This document shows, one piece after another, positions 38,355 through 50,940 of a stretch of 64,000 bases of DNA; position 1 is the first letter of the stretch; the number at the start of each line of letters is the position of its first letter. Made by a program: the position numbers and the translations under genes. The DNA is from Aplysia californica (lineage: Eukaryota): the NCBI RefSeq assembly GCF_000002075.1, contig NW_004797325.1:1319190-1383189 (forward strand). The letters are read 5' to 3'. A model generated the notes under the pieces. It did no database searches. It saw nothing but the letters and a program-made list of their open reading frames with translations, and was not told the origin of the DNA.

Positions 38355-38488
38355 ATATGTGAGGCAGCGTGGTGAAGTCAGGCGCTCATCAATATGATCT
38401 AATCCAGGAAAACGGCATTTTTCTGGCTATTGGGCAATTTTTTATTGAATTTCCTTTTTTTGGCTCAGCACCTTCTATGTCCATTTAA
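38355..38488. mobile_element. Left part of an ATATGTGAG-TIR MITE split by the transposon cluster
   Basis: Colinear with the reverse complement of 48093-48225; stops at TTAA 38485-38488; continues at ~50350-50668. Confidence 0.75.
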
Positions 38489-39074
38489 CACCTACGGGAC
38501 CGTCCCTACACTTGGCTTTCTCTTCCCCAGGACCGCAGCCGCCGCCCACTAACTAACTACTTGCCATATGTGTTACTAAAATATGAATAACTCAGCTCCT
38601 TTTAAAGCTATAGGCTTGACACGTCATCTACGTGTTCTAAACATGTTCCTCTATATTATCACACTCTGTTTTTGACCAAAAAAATGTTTTGTTCATTTAG
38701 GTGTAATCAGTTATGTTGTTTGCACAACAAAGAAAATACAGAAACAAGATCAGAAAAGACATCAATATAATGACTTCAAACTTGATTTTCACTCACCAAT
38801 TGATGCAGCAGGCAACTTTATATACTCCAAGGTTCAGAGAAGGCATGTAAGTCCAGGTAAATCCAGATAAATATCACTGTATTCCATGTCCATGGAAGAG
38901 AAAAATATATGCCAATGATGAGATGAAAGACACTGAAGATTGCCTCGCATATTTCCTAGCAGGAATGAATAATGCACACCAACATATTACAACACAGAAT
39001 TACAAATTACAACACTAAAGAAAAAAGAATTACAACTATGAAGAAAAAAAAATTCACTTTTGGACAAGGTCCTA

Positions 39075-42000
39075 GCCTATTCGGCTTGGTAGTAGCATCG
39101 AATCTGACGCGCAAATCCTGATTTGTATGATAGAATTCAAAACAAGGCTCAATACAGAGAGTAACTTTGCAGGCTTTGCGTTGATATCTGGTTTCTTTGT
39201 TCCGTCCACTGTCCTTCTTGCTGCTGCAACAGACACATTGTCAGGTTGGCCAGAGCTTCTTTTCTGTAGTGGGAATACGTTCTGGGAAGTGGAGATTGCT
39301 CTTGTGACTGAGACGCTCGATTGTAGTCAGCGGTGGGGGCTGTGTTTGTTTTTAAGCCTCATCAGCAAGGAGACCGCTAACGAGGTGCATCGTAAAGTCT
39401 CATAAGCTGAAGGGAGAGTCCGATGTCGTTGACTTTCTGTAGAGGATGTGTGCCTGAATACAGGCGAGGTGGATCAGATGTGTGGTCGCACGTTTCCACC
39501 TTTTGAGAGTTTTGCTATTGAAGCTATAAAATGACAGATACATATCGATAAGGTCAACGCCTTTCATAAATCTGTTGTACTGGTGTACAATATTAGGCTT
39601 GTGGATGGGTTCATCTGTCCTTTTGTCCCTTCTACCAGTGTCCACTACCCTGCCATCATGAATGGTGGACAAGAGCATAATGTCCCTTTTGTCTTGGTAC
39701 CTGACAGCAACAATATCTTCTTTATCACGCTCAACCACATCACCTTTCTGTAGCCTCAGTTCTTTCTTTGTTATGTGTTTGGGGAGCCCTCTCCTGTCCT
39801 GCCTTACAGTCCCACAGGCTGTTGTCTGCAGTGACAGAAGGTCGGAAAAGAGTTGATGAGTAGAAAAATAAGAGTCCATATATACAGTATGACCAACATC
39901 CTGGTATTGTTCAATCACGTCACGCACAATCTGTTCTTCGTGTCCTCGCTCTGGTCCAGTTGTGTTCGCCCCTGAATAGAATTTTATTTTGAGGACATAA
40001 CCAGACAACGATTCACAGCAGAAGTAGAGTTTCATTCCCTAGCGAATTGGTTTGGATGGAAGATAGGGACGGAAGTCAATGCAACCACGAAATGGCATCA
40101 TACTCTCATCCACGGCCAGTTGTTGTTCTGGATAATAGAGATCAGCAAAGCGTTTGTTGAGGTGGTCAAAAAAGTGGCGAATTTTGTTTAGTTTGCCATG
40201 GTCTGGGTGACCTCGTGAGGGTTGTCTTTCATTATCGACAAGGTGGAAGAATGCCAAAAGGGAAAGGAAGCGGTTGCGGGCCATTGTCTGTTGATGAAAA
40301 AAAAAATTAACAATGTGATCAGTCACAGTTATAGAAAATGTTACACTTACCAATTTTTGTATTTCTGAAAAACAAAACATCAGTTATAATAAAAAGCAAT
40401 AATAAATAGAGTCTAACATTTGTATGTTTATAAGGGGTAGCCTATGTCATGTTATCACTTTATATACAGTATTACGGAATGTCAATGTGAGACTTCTGGA
40501 TCCTATTACAGCATTTTACAAGCAATTTACTGAATGAGTAGAACCAGATCTAATCTTTTATTATTATAGGCTAGAAAGTTAGAAAAGAGTTATAAATGTA
40601 AATCAAAGTAAAAATTAAATCTAGGTGTACAAACTAGATATGGGTAGATATAGGCCTACTTACCTTTGAGAAAAATGGGGCCTCAATTATTGGGTTTGTC
40701 TACCAGTAGCATTTCACATCTGACTTGTCTACCAGACCCATCTCAAACATCAGGGCAACAATGGTTTTTATGTCTGAGGCTGTAGCTGGTTTCCAGACTT
40801 TGAGGTGATAATAGCCTGGTTTCACAGCACGTACTTGTTCAGCGTATCTGTTCGTTTCATTTGCCCAATCCAAGAACATGGCATCATCAATGAAGGTATT
40901 TGAAAAAAACGAATACATCTGTCGGACTACTTGGTGCAGTATTTACAATACACACCAGAGGAGACTCCATCCTGAAGCCTCAATTTTCACTGCGGAGGCC
41001 ACTGCCATTGACATGGCACTGGACTCTGTAGAAAATTCTCCCAACAAATCTTTCCTTATCCTTTCTGACTCTCTGACTTGCATCACCTCACTCACAAACT
41101 ACACACTCTTACACCCAAAAATAGTTAGGCTACAACAGAAAATTCATACACTATCCGAAACAGGAAAAAACATCATGTTCGCATGGATACCCAGCCATGT
41201 GGGCATCCGAGGAAACGAGCAGGTAGACGAACTGGCGAAGAAAGCTACATCCCTTCTGCTGGGATCAACGACAAACACTCTCCCACAGACTGACTTTAGA
41301 AATAAAGTCAAAAAGTACACCTCCAGTCTGTGGGAGAGCCACTGGGAAAACCAGAAAAATAATAAACTATATGAAATAAGACCCAAACTAGAACAGCGAA
41401 ATCCCTCGGACCTCTCCAGAAGAGACAAAGTCATTTTTACTCGATTGCGCATCGGACACACGGCCCTGACCCACAAATACCTCCTATAGGGAGATGAGAA
41501 GCCATTCTGTGTCGGATGCGACACGGATTTTACCATTAGACACATTTTAACAGAATGTCTAGACTTTGGAGAGATCCGAAGGAAATATTATAGATGCAAA
41601 AAATTGCAGGATATTTTTTCCGTCGTTGTTCCCAGCAGAATTTTGAATTTTATAAAGGCCATTGGCCTTTATGGCAAGTTGTAAAATGAAAAATGAAAAC
41701 GTACTATTTAAAATTTTTATTGCTACTTAAAAGATTTGTTTTAAATCACAAATATATTTACACTAAATTTTAATATTTTTACATTTTAGCATTTTAAAGT
41801 CAATTAGTTGACCTGTCGTGGAGTGAACTTTTGCGAAAGTAAACAACTTGTGTTTTGCGCGCTCATATGACCTTAGCAGTTGCGAGCGCCGTAAAACCCT
41901 ATACTACATACATACATACATACATACATACAGTATTTGACTTGTGTCTTGTGAATGCAGGCACATTGTCAAGATTTCTAGTTATTTCTTTCCAGCCATC

Positions 42001-42300
42001 CACATCTCTAACGGTATTGGCAGTGCCACGCCCACCTCTCATCACGCCGAGCTCTACCTCTACTACAAGAACCTCTCTCAGCTCTCTGTACACCTCTGGC
42101 TCCTCTAGTTGTATGTCTACCTCAGCCTCGATCAGCGATAATAGGTACCTCATCAACAGCAACGCTATCTTCTTGATCAGAAGGCTCCTGGTCTGATAAA
42201 CTAGGGCTACTATCTGATTCTTCTTCTTCTTCATCGCTGCCTGCATCCATAGAAATTTCTTCCACGGCACACCGGCAGTGTAATTTTAGTTGTAGCGGGG
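39075..42300 (-). pseudogene. piggyBac (PGBD4-like) transposase pseudogene A, intron-containing, interrupted by a LINE
   Basis: Motifs ETNRYA, AVDESMMPFRG, YMDSYFS, YNRFMKGVD and C-terminal Cys-rich ...LCIEPCFEFYH; several in-frame stops; GT-AG intron at 40288-40663; start uncertain. Confidence 0.88.
40904..41932 (+). mobile_element. 5'-truncated Nimb/I-clade non-LTR retrotransposon (RNase H + zinc knuckle, (TACA)n tail)
   Basis: Motifs SIFTAEATAI, WIPSHVGIRGNEQVD, RLRIGHT; 8-bp target-site duplication GTATTTGA at 40896-40903 and 41933-41940. Confidence 0.9.
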
Positions 42301-42754
42301 GGGTTCCCAGCCGAGCGCCTTAACACGTGGGGGTCACGAGGGTCAGCTCCCTGTCGCCGCTCTGTCTGGGCTGACTTGATTTTTGGTACTTTTCAACGTA
42401 CAGTTTTAGGTGTATCCTTGTATTTATGGTAATCATCCTTTAATGCGCTCAAAGCACGCATTTCTGCTCTTGAGACCCAAAAAACAACGGACATTGTAAC
42501 TTGTCTTGTTATTTCATTAGAAGCGCTGAAGTCGGCAATGCTAAATTGTAAAAAAATGTTTACAAGGGTGAATGATAAAAAATCGATATAAAATAAAAAG
42601 CACAACAAAAACTGTCGAACTTTTGGAACATGAATGACATAACATTGGTGCAGATACTCAGAAAAGATGGTATCTGCGCGTATAATAGGTTAAGCTGTAA
42701 TTTTGCAACTTTGTCCGTCTCGCACACAATTCCCTATGAAGTAATTCCTCCAAA

Positions 42755-42878
42755 TGATGTCCATATATATTATAAACTGGAGGGGAGATGGAACGCATCC
42801 CTGTCGTACTCCAGATCTTACTTTGAACCAGTCTGTATTGCCTTCCTTCGTTCTTACTGAGCTTCTGCTGTTGGTATA
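42755..42878 (-). mobile_element. RTE-like LINE reverse-transcriptase fragment (distal part)
   Basis: Encodes TDWFKVRSGVRQGCVPSPLQFIIYMD; continues the RT broken at 46573. Confidence 0.8.
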
Positions 42879-43470
42879 GTAGATACCAGAAACTAAATGT
42901 TCAAAGTAGCTGTATGCCAAATGTATCTGTTCCACTTGAAAGGCCTATATCCACTGAGCATTTTGGTACCATTCTTTAACCTCTCAGTCAATTTTTAAGA
43001 AAATGGTAGTTGTTTAAAATTTGATCAAATTTGTTAAAGTCAGTCACTGGCTGCAACCCCATGTTTGACAGACAGTAAAAGAGTACCAAGTGCACTAAAC
43101 ATCTCCCCATTAACAGAGTACAATCACTATAACAAATATATGGAGCCTAATTTTATTTCAAGATTGTGAGATCAGTAGGCTACAAATCAGTATTTTATCG
43201 CCTCAAACACGATGATTTGTCATTATTTCGACAAAAACACCTAGCGTTGACCCGGGCCGGCGCCACACCAGCCCCCGCGGCGAGCGAGTCAGCTCTATAC
43301 TGTTGTTTACCTCACGTGCAGGGTCATATGCTTTCCGAGTCTCACGGAAGGATTGATGAAAAATAATTCCTAGCTGATTACTTTATTCTAATAGGAAATG
43401 AACTGATCTTTTAATTTGTACTTTTTTCAAGCCGGTATTTTACATATTTTGTGTAAAAAGTGATGTTTAA

Positions 43471-46156
43471 CTCTTTGAATATGAATACGCGGGCCAGATC
43501 TCAGTGTGACGCAGCTCTGGTGGGCAGCACATTTTTTTTTTACATACATATGATATAAATTTCAATATACTGAAGTTACTAAACGCTTTAGACATAATAA
43601 ACTATATATCAAAATAGAGGAAATTGAATGTAGAATGTATATCTGTGTGGTTTGTGTTGATTTTTGTACACTGTGTGTGTTGAATTACACAGAAAGACAG
43701 AAAAAAAACTAAGAAAAAAAAATTCACACAAAATGTTTTTCTACTCACCAAATCAGGTATCATAATTCAATTGGTCAATATCCATGAAGATGAGCTGAAG
43801 CTGTTGGTAATCCACGTAGCAATAAACCAGGAAAGTTTCATCACAATAGCTCCTGTAGTTTTTGAAATATTCACATTTATCTACACGACAGTTACGCCAC
43901 AATATCGAGAAAAAAACAACACAAAAAATGTCACACTGAAGATATTCACATCTTTACATACTATACACAATCCTGTTCTGTCTCATTGCCAAATTAAACA
44001 TTGTGGTAGGCTTGGAAACAGTCCTTGGGGTGCAAATGGGGTGCACCACTGCATCCAAGGCAGACAAAGTGAGTTCTTTTTCTTGCTCCACCCTTAGAGC
44101 ACACCGCACAGTCTCTGTCACGCTTCACGTAGGAGATGATGTGACGAGTACCTTGAATGCGCTCCATTGGATTGTTCTCCGGTTGTCTGCCTGGAGCTCT
44201 AGCCTGGTCATTGTTGTCTTTGCCATCGTTGTTGTTGCCGACTGAGCATCAGTTTGAACTTTTTCAACCCGATCTTCTTCTGCGCGTCTGTTCTTGTGAG
44301 GGTGTAGAGAATGAAGGCATTGACCTGAGTTATCTCCATCATCCAAAAGAACAGCTTCTTCCACCACTTCACTGATTTGCGGGAGAAGACGAGGTAATAT
44401 GTGACCTTCTGGTCAAGAAGGTCACAGCCATTCATGTGACTGTTGTAGTCATGGATGACCGTCGGCTTGTCAACATCTTTGACTTGTGTTGTATCCACCT
44501 GTGCGTCAGTGGAAACGAGAACAACTGGTTTTTTGGCTTTTTTGTCCCGAAAAGCCGCACACAGGACATCTGAATTCTCATGGAGAAACCAGCGCAGTTG
44601 TCGATGTTGCAGACTCAGGTTTTTCAGCTGAGGTGGAAAAGATTTTCTGTTCAGCATAAGCGTGCTGGTGTAGTGGTGCTTTTTTTTTAGCAGATGGTCA
44701 ACAAGAGCCCTCGTTGTGTAATAACGGTCAGCATAGATCTTGTGACCTCTGTCAACACAGGTGAGGAGCGTGTCAAAGATCCTCACAGCTGCTCCACTGT
44801 CTGCATCTGCTTCAGGGTCATACGACGTATTGGCGCCGAAATATGTCAGTATATTCATCACATACCCAGTTGATGAATCACAAAGACCAAACGTCTTGAT
44901 GTGATACTTGCTGGGTTTGCTTGCTTTGAATTGTTTGAATTGCCATCGACCCTTGAAACCAATAACCATCTCGTCAATGGACAATTCTTGGAACGGATAA
45001 AAAGCCCCACGAAATTTGCCAAGAAGTAAATCCATGAACGGCTCGATCTTATCCTTCCCTTCCGCATCTTTATCACCAGCTTGCAGCATGGAATGATATA
45101 TGTCCTGGAACCTTTGTCGGGGAAACATACTATGGTACCATGCTGTGTAGAACTCGGGTGACATGGACCAGTAGTCAGAGATGGCGGGACGGCGATCTAA
45201 ACCTATCAGGATTAGCACTGCCATAAATTTGTCGAACTCCTCGACAGTTATTTTCTTTCAACGTGCAAAAAAACGACCTTGGACTAAAGTTGCCACTTTT
45301 CTCTGCTATTCTCTTTTTAGCATAGTCATTGATGAAAGTCACAATCACTTGTTTTACCTCACTGTCTAACAGAAGAGACAGACAGTCCAGGGCACTTGAA
45401 TTCTCATCCAAGCCAGATTCTGGCAACACACCTGGAACCTTTATCGGAAGAAAACGTATGGTGTTTGCTGTTCCTCCATGCTCAATATGACTCCACCCAC
45501 CATTGTCCCTAGCAGTAGCAGGAGGATCAGAAAGAGTAGATCTAGCATTAGTTGCAGAAGACTGAGTAGACCTAGATCTAGGCCTAGTACTAGACTTGCC
45601 CTTTCCTTTCCCTTTGCACTGTCTCTTTGGAGCTGGTTCCACCTCACAGTCACTTGCTGATCTGCCCTCATCAGCACCACGATCTAGATCTAACATTGAT
45701 TGCTCTTCTTCATCACTACTCAGATTCAAATCACAATGACTGACACTGGTTTCACTCGAGTCCGAGTCGTCTGCAATCCATCTCTGGATAAGGTTTCTAG
45801 CTTGATCGGCCGAAAATCGGCCTCTAGAAGTACTAGGTTATAATGAGTCTGGATTCATCTTAAATCACTGCACTGCTTGTTTTTGATGACAACAAGGTAA
45901 ACAAACTCTAGTGTGAAGTCGGTGAAGAATACTGCTTTGAATTTCGCAAAAAATGAACAGATTTGACTGCAAATAGCGTCAAAAGGAAGTGGGAACTCTT
46001 CTTGAAGAAAATAGAAACAGATCTTATAGTTTTACTTAAAAAGCGGTATTGAGAAGTTGGGTTATACGAAACAACCCATCGTGGCGCACAGTGCGGGGAA
46101 AAAGTAGAAATTTTTGGTCGCCTTGGCGCAGGGTGCGGCGATACGTGAAGAAAGAG
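43471..46156 (-). mobile_element. Full-length piggyBac element B (copy 1)
   Basis: TTAA|CTCTTT...AAAGAG|TTAA; contains a complete but disrupted transposase. Confidence 0.9.
43994..45858 (-). pseudogene. piggyBac (PGBD4-like) transposase pseudogene B, copy 1
   Basis: ATG at 45858; stop at codon 7; frameshift plus stop near 45260; core SIDEMVIGFKG / YADRYYT / YNSHMNGCD (ORF 44208-45224); Cys-rich tail CAVC...CLGC...CFQAYH is in another frame. Confidence 0.88.
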
Positions 46157-46572
46157 TTAAACATTTTGACAGTATTTTTAAAAGCTTTCTATTTAAACGC
46201 CAAAGGCCAAATATATACCACAAGAAAGCCCGTTTAAAGCTCTACAGTTCTCTGCCAATGAAAAGACGGTATTTAATCATCCCTTGTTCTGCGAAGCATT
46301 TGAATGCACGCATGTCAATTTTTTAACCGGCCGACTACGCATTCCGACCGCGAGGGGCTTCGCTTTCGTCTGTGATTCTCCAGCTCCTTATAATCGAACA
46401 TATAAACAACTTACACCATTGTAACGAGGAAAAGCAGAACTTTTACAAGGTGTACGGCATTTAGTGTTTTATAGCGAAAGAGCAAAGAAACAGTGATCGG
46501 AATTACCCCGATTTCACCGATACCACACGGTTGGAAGGCCGTGAGTGCCCGCAAGGCCATGTTTACACTACC

Positions 46573-47765
46573 TATATATAGAGCTCTGACATTATCTAAC
46601 ATTTGTCCTCTGACGCCATACTTTTCGAGTGTCTTCCAGAGTTTTGCATGGTTTACTCTGTCAAAATCCTCCTCCTGGTCTATAAAGACGATGTTGGATT
46701 CTTTGTTGTGTTCGATTGTTTTCTCGCATATCTGTCTTAATGCGAACACAGCATCCTCTTTCCTTTCGGAATCCAAACTGAGCTTTGCTCAGATTTCTCT
46801 CCACAATAGGTCTTATGCGCTGCTCTAGTATCTTTGCATATATTTTTCCTGAGTGGCTTAACAGTGAGATGCCTCTATATGTTGTGCAGTCGCGTTTGTT
46901 GCCCTTTTCTTCCATAAAGGTACCACTATGGCTTTCTGCCAGTCTTCTGGGCATTTTCTTTGCTCCCAGGCTCTGTTGAAAATTCGCCTCAGCCACATTA
47001 TACCGGTGTTTCCGCAAGCTCTTATGGCTTCCGCTGTGATGTCATCTTGTCCTGGGGCTTTGCTCTTGGGACTGGTCTTGAGTGCCTTTTCTATTTCACT
47101 GGGAAGTATTGGTGGTTCTGTTTGATCTCCATATGATGGTTGAAACTCTTGTTGTCCGTGGCAAGCGTCTGGGTTGAGTAGTTCTTGGAAGTAATTTTCC
47201 CATCTTTTCTTAATTGCATGTTTGCCAAGAATGGCATTTCGCTCTTTGTCGTTTATAATGCATGTCGGGTTGCATGCTCTTCACACTTTTATAAAATTCT
47301 CTTGGACTTTCCTTGCAGGTTTTGGTCAGTTTCTCGCCATATATTTTTCATGCATTATCTTTAGCAGTTTTGATGATTTTTTTGGTCTCTCTTCTCACTT
47401 TCCTGTATTCAATATAGTCTTCTTCGGTCTTTGACTTCTGTCATTTCTTGAATTTCTTCTTTTTCATTTTAATTGCTTCTTTGGTTTCGTCATTCCACCA
47501 GCATGTTGTTCTGCCTTTGTTTCCACCTATTCGTTTGGTGCCACAACTGTTTTTCAGTATTTCTGACAGGGATTTTTTAAATATTTGCCATTTGTCTTCT
47601 ATGTCCTTGATCTCAAGAGACTGTTTATAGTAATCCTTGGTAAAGTCATCCTCGACTGCTTTCTTGATGTCTGGTTCTTCCAATTTTCTCAGGTTAGTCA
47701 TGGTTTTTTCCCCCTGTTCTTCTTCGTTTGCTTTACATTTTGGTTGTGAGAGTTCGTCAGTCAAA
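46573..47765 (-). mobile_element. RTE-like LINE fragment (ORF2, reverse-transcriptase N-terminal part)
   Basis: Motifs KAPGQDDITAE, YRGISLLSHSGKIYAKILEQR, QFGFRK; frameshifted. Confidence 0.88.
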
Positions 47766-47781
47766 TACAGGGGGAAAAATC

Positions 47782-48225
47782 ATATGTGAGACAGCGTGCT
47801 GGAATCAGGCTCTCGTCAATTTTTGGGCATGTAAAGTTATTGGTATCATCTTAAAGCTTGTTCACTTGTCTTTATTTGGATGCAAAAAATATCCGTTTAT
47901 CTTGAATACAAGTCGAGATATTTGCAAAAGAAGGAGGTGGGGGTCACATGTTTTCAGAGGTAAAATTAGTGAGAAAATGGCCGCCAAAGATTAGTTATTT
48001 CCTTCGCTTAAGAGTCCGTGGTAACTGAAGATTTACATTTTTTTATGCCTTTAATCAAAGCTTTTCAGAAAAATCCACACAGAAATAAGTTCTTTAATGG
48101 GCATGAAAGGTGTTGTGCCAAAAAACAAAAATTTGATAAAAATTTACAAACCTGCGGAAAAATGCAAGTTTCTTCACTTAGATTATTTTGACGAGAGCCT
48201 GATTTCACCACGCTGCCTCACATAT
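47782..48225. mobile_element. Complete ATATGTGAG-TIR MITE
   Basis: ~38-bp TIRs atatgtgagRcagcgtgStgRaatcaggctctcgtcaa; partial copy also at ~28905-29140. Confidence 0.85.
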
Positions 48226-48319
48226 ACACCACACCACTGAATAAGAACAATAAAAAATTTTACACTGTGTACAGTTCATTTCAAAGGTTCACAAACACTT
48301 TCACATTCTTTCATTGACG

Positions 48320-50000
48320 AGTGAAACTGCCAAAGACAATTGTGTGTAGAAATGGCTGGCTGTCACACCCATTACAAAAGAATGAAGTCCTCCCCCACTT
48401 TTCGCGTGGGCTGCACACTCTGCATTTGCGGGTCACATTTTGACTTCACAATGACATGCGAACTGTTGCAGACCCTGTTCAAGGGGTTTTCTGGCCTGAC
48501 CTCTGTTCTCATTGTTCACTTGTATCTCAGCCAGATGTTTTGTCGCAAAGTTGCTCAGCTCATCAATGAGCCTCCTTTTGAACTCGAGCAATGGAAGCTC
48601 CTTGGCACCTTCAGGCTGTGATTTTGTTAAAAGGATGAATGCATTAATGATCTGTGTGATCTCAAAGATCCACAGAAAAATTTTGTTCCATCGCTTTCTT
48701 GTTCTTCTATTGAAGGTGTTATAGGTCTGACCCATCTGGTCCAATTTGTTGCAGCCATTCATGTTTTTATTGTAATCTTGATACCAGCTTGTCCACTCCT
48801 TTCACCTCTGCTGCACATACGTTTGCCTCGCTAGATACCGAGACACGCGGTTTCTTTGCCTTTTTGTCCTGAAATATTACACACAAGTACTTCGTATCCT
48901 GCATGTACGATCGCATTTCTCTGAAAGTCAGCCTGTTTGTTTTCAGCTCAGGCGGGAAGTCGCGGCGTAAAACTCTTACTAAAACAAACAAACAGACTGA
49001 CTTTAAAAAATAAAGTCAAAAACTACACCTCCAGTCTGTGGAAGACTCATTGGAAAAAAACGGAAAACAATAAATTACACAACAAGCCCAAACTGGGTCC
49101 GCGAAAACCTTCGGGCCTCTCCCGAAGAGACGAAGTCATTTTTACTCGATTGCGCATCGGACACACATCGCTGACACACCGATAACTCCTTCAGGGAGAA
49201 AAGAAGCCATTTTGGGTCGGATGAGAAACAGATTTTACCATGAGACACATTTCAACAGAATGTCTAGACTTCGGAGAGATCCGAAGGAAATATTATAGAT
49301 GCAAAAAATTGCAAGATATTTTTTCCGTCGTTGATTCCTACTGAATCCTTGATTTTATAAAGGCCATTGGCCTTTATGGGAAAATTATAAATAAGTATAT
49401 TTTGATTTTAAAGCCGATTACCATTTTTAGATTGTTTTTTACCTCAAATTTTAACTATTTAAAATCTGATCGTTGACTCGAGCCAAGCCGTGCAGTGAGC
49501 TGTAATGAGTGAGATCAACTTGTGTTTCGCGCGCTCATATGACCTTATGCAGTTGCGAGCGCCGTAAAACTCTTACTTAAACAAAACAAACAAAAACTAT
49601 TCATCATAGCCCCTTCAAACACTTGTCTCCAGTTATTCCCTCTTGCGTCTCTTCCATCACCAGTACTAGTACTAGGCCTAAAGGGAGATCTTTATCTCTC
49701 TCTTCTCTCAGTAGTCTCAGCACCTACTTTTCTTTTACCAAGCCCCTTCCCTTTACTTGGTGATGGAAACGCCCTTCTACTTGAGTGACAAGTTGAACTT
49801 GACAGACACGGTTCGTCAAGAGCTGACTCACTTGAAGACTCATCTCTGCCAATGGCATCGTTCCCATCCAAGTCACAATCAATACAATTAGGTTCGGATT
49901 CACCCTCACGCAATGTTTGAAACAAATTTACGACAGCTTTTACTGAAAGCTTTTTCCTTCTAACTTTGCGGAGCAGTTTTTACCATCCTTTCGCTGACAT
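48320..50000 (-). pseudogene. piggyBac transposase pseudogene C; core deleted at the LINE insertion
   Basis: C-terminal half FQDKKAKKP...MNGCNKLDQ...CRVC...CNGC (48320-48960); acidic N-terminal remnant at 49600-50000. Confidence 0.8.
48965..49597 (+). mobile_element. Nimb/I-clade LINE 3' fragment
   Basis: Closely similar to 41285-41900 (RRDEVIFTRLRIGHT); same 3' tail. Confidence 0.85.
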
Positions 50001-50349
50001 TGAGAGTGTTAATGTTAAGAAACATAATCCCACAAGCAGATTTATTTCATGCCCCAGGTGGCAACATGCGTGTGTTTGTTCCTTGTTTACTCCCTATTTG
50101 CCCATCGTCGTCTGACTTGCTGGGGACAGATTTCACGTGCAGTTACCCATCGTCTTTGCTTGTGTGGATCACCTTAATCTGAGAAAGCTGTAAAAACCCT
50201 GCTGTGAATGGTGCTAAGAAATCTGAATACCAAAGATCTTTTTTTTTTTACATACAATTCCTTCTCAAGGAGGTTTTTAAGTACAATAATCATTATTATT
50301 GTGCATGTTTTTGTGGGTTGGCATCGGCATCTGTTTCGACGAAAAGTAA

Positions 50350-50668
50350 TCCTTCCACAAAGGAAAAACATTGATTAAAGGCACAAAAAATGTAAATCTT
50401 CATGTCCCAAGGACTCTCAAGCTATAACATTAACAAAACTTTGGCAGCCATTTTCTCGATAATTTTACTTCAGAAACCAGGTGAGCCTGCCTTTTTCCAT
50501 CGCAGAAATCTCCACTTTTATTCAAGATCGATAGGTATTTTGATTTTAATTTTTTTTCATCGAATGCAAGACAAGTGAACAAGCTTTAAGATGATACACA
50601 ATGTACCATTAACTCCACATGCCCAAAATTTGACAAGCGCCTGATTTCATTGCGTCGTGACACACATG
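50350..50668. mobile_element. Right part of the split ATATGTGAG-TIR MITE
   Basis: 50371-50649 aligns to the reverse complement of 47801-48058. Confidence 0.75.
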
Positions 50669-50940
50669 TAATTATTATATATATTTTTATTTTTTTTAAG
50701 GAGAATTTGACAAGACCATTCACCGAGTACATATATCTTGATGTAGATCCAAATCATGCCAAAAAAAAAATTGGGGTTCTGGGAGAGGATGCGTTCATCC
50801 CTCCTTCATCCTTTCTTCTTGCCTCTACCCTATCTTCTATCTTTTTTTCTTCCTCCTTATGTCCCACCCCTTTCATGGAGTATGAGCTTCCCCCTCCCTT
50901 CACTCCACCATCACACACCACACCTTCCACAGACACCCCC

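Larger units (their letters stand above)
42879..46572. mobile_element. Unclassified element (related to 2345-3307) inserted in the RT and itself carrying piggyBac B
   Basis: Its removal restores RALY|TNSRSSV in the RT; homologous to 2345-3307 on both sides of the piggyBac. Confidence 0.7.

Noticed and set aside
40878-41489. 203-aa RNase H ORF as a host gene
   Set aside because: The ATG comes from antisense piggyBac sequence; the rest is a truncated LINE with a TSD and an in-frame stop
38485-42693. Exact TIR pair for piggyBac A (TTAA-CACCTAC... and ...AATAGG-TTAA)
   Set aside because: The two candidate ends do not match well enough, so the boundaries are left undefined
44208-45224. 338-aa ORF as an intact or domesticated PGBD4 gene (also 52851-53867)
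   Set aside because: It is a fragment of a disrupted transposase lying between TTAA-flanked transposon ends
47801-50649. Apparent ~270-bp long inverted repeats flanking piggyBac C
   Set aside because: They are two opposite-orientation copies of a separate MITE family (complete copy at 47782-48225 with its own TIRs), not termini of C
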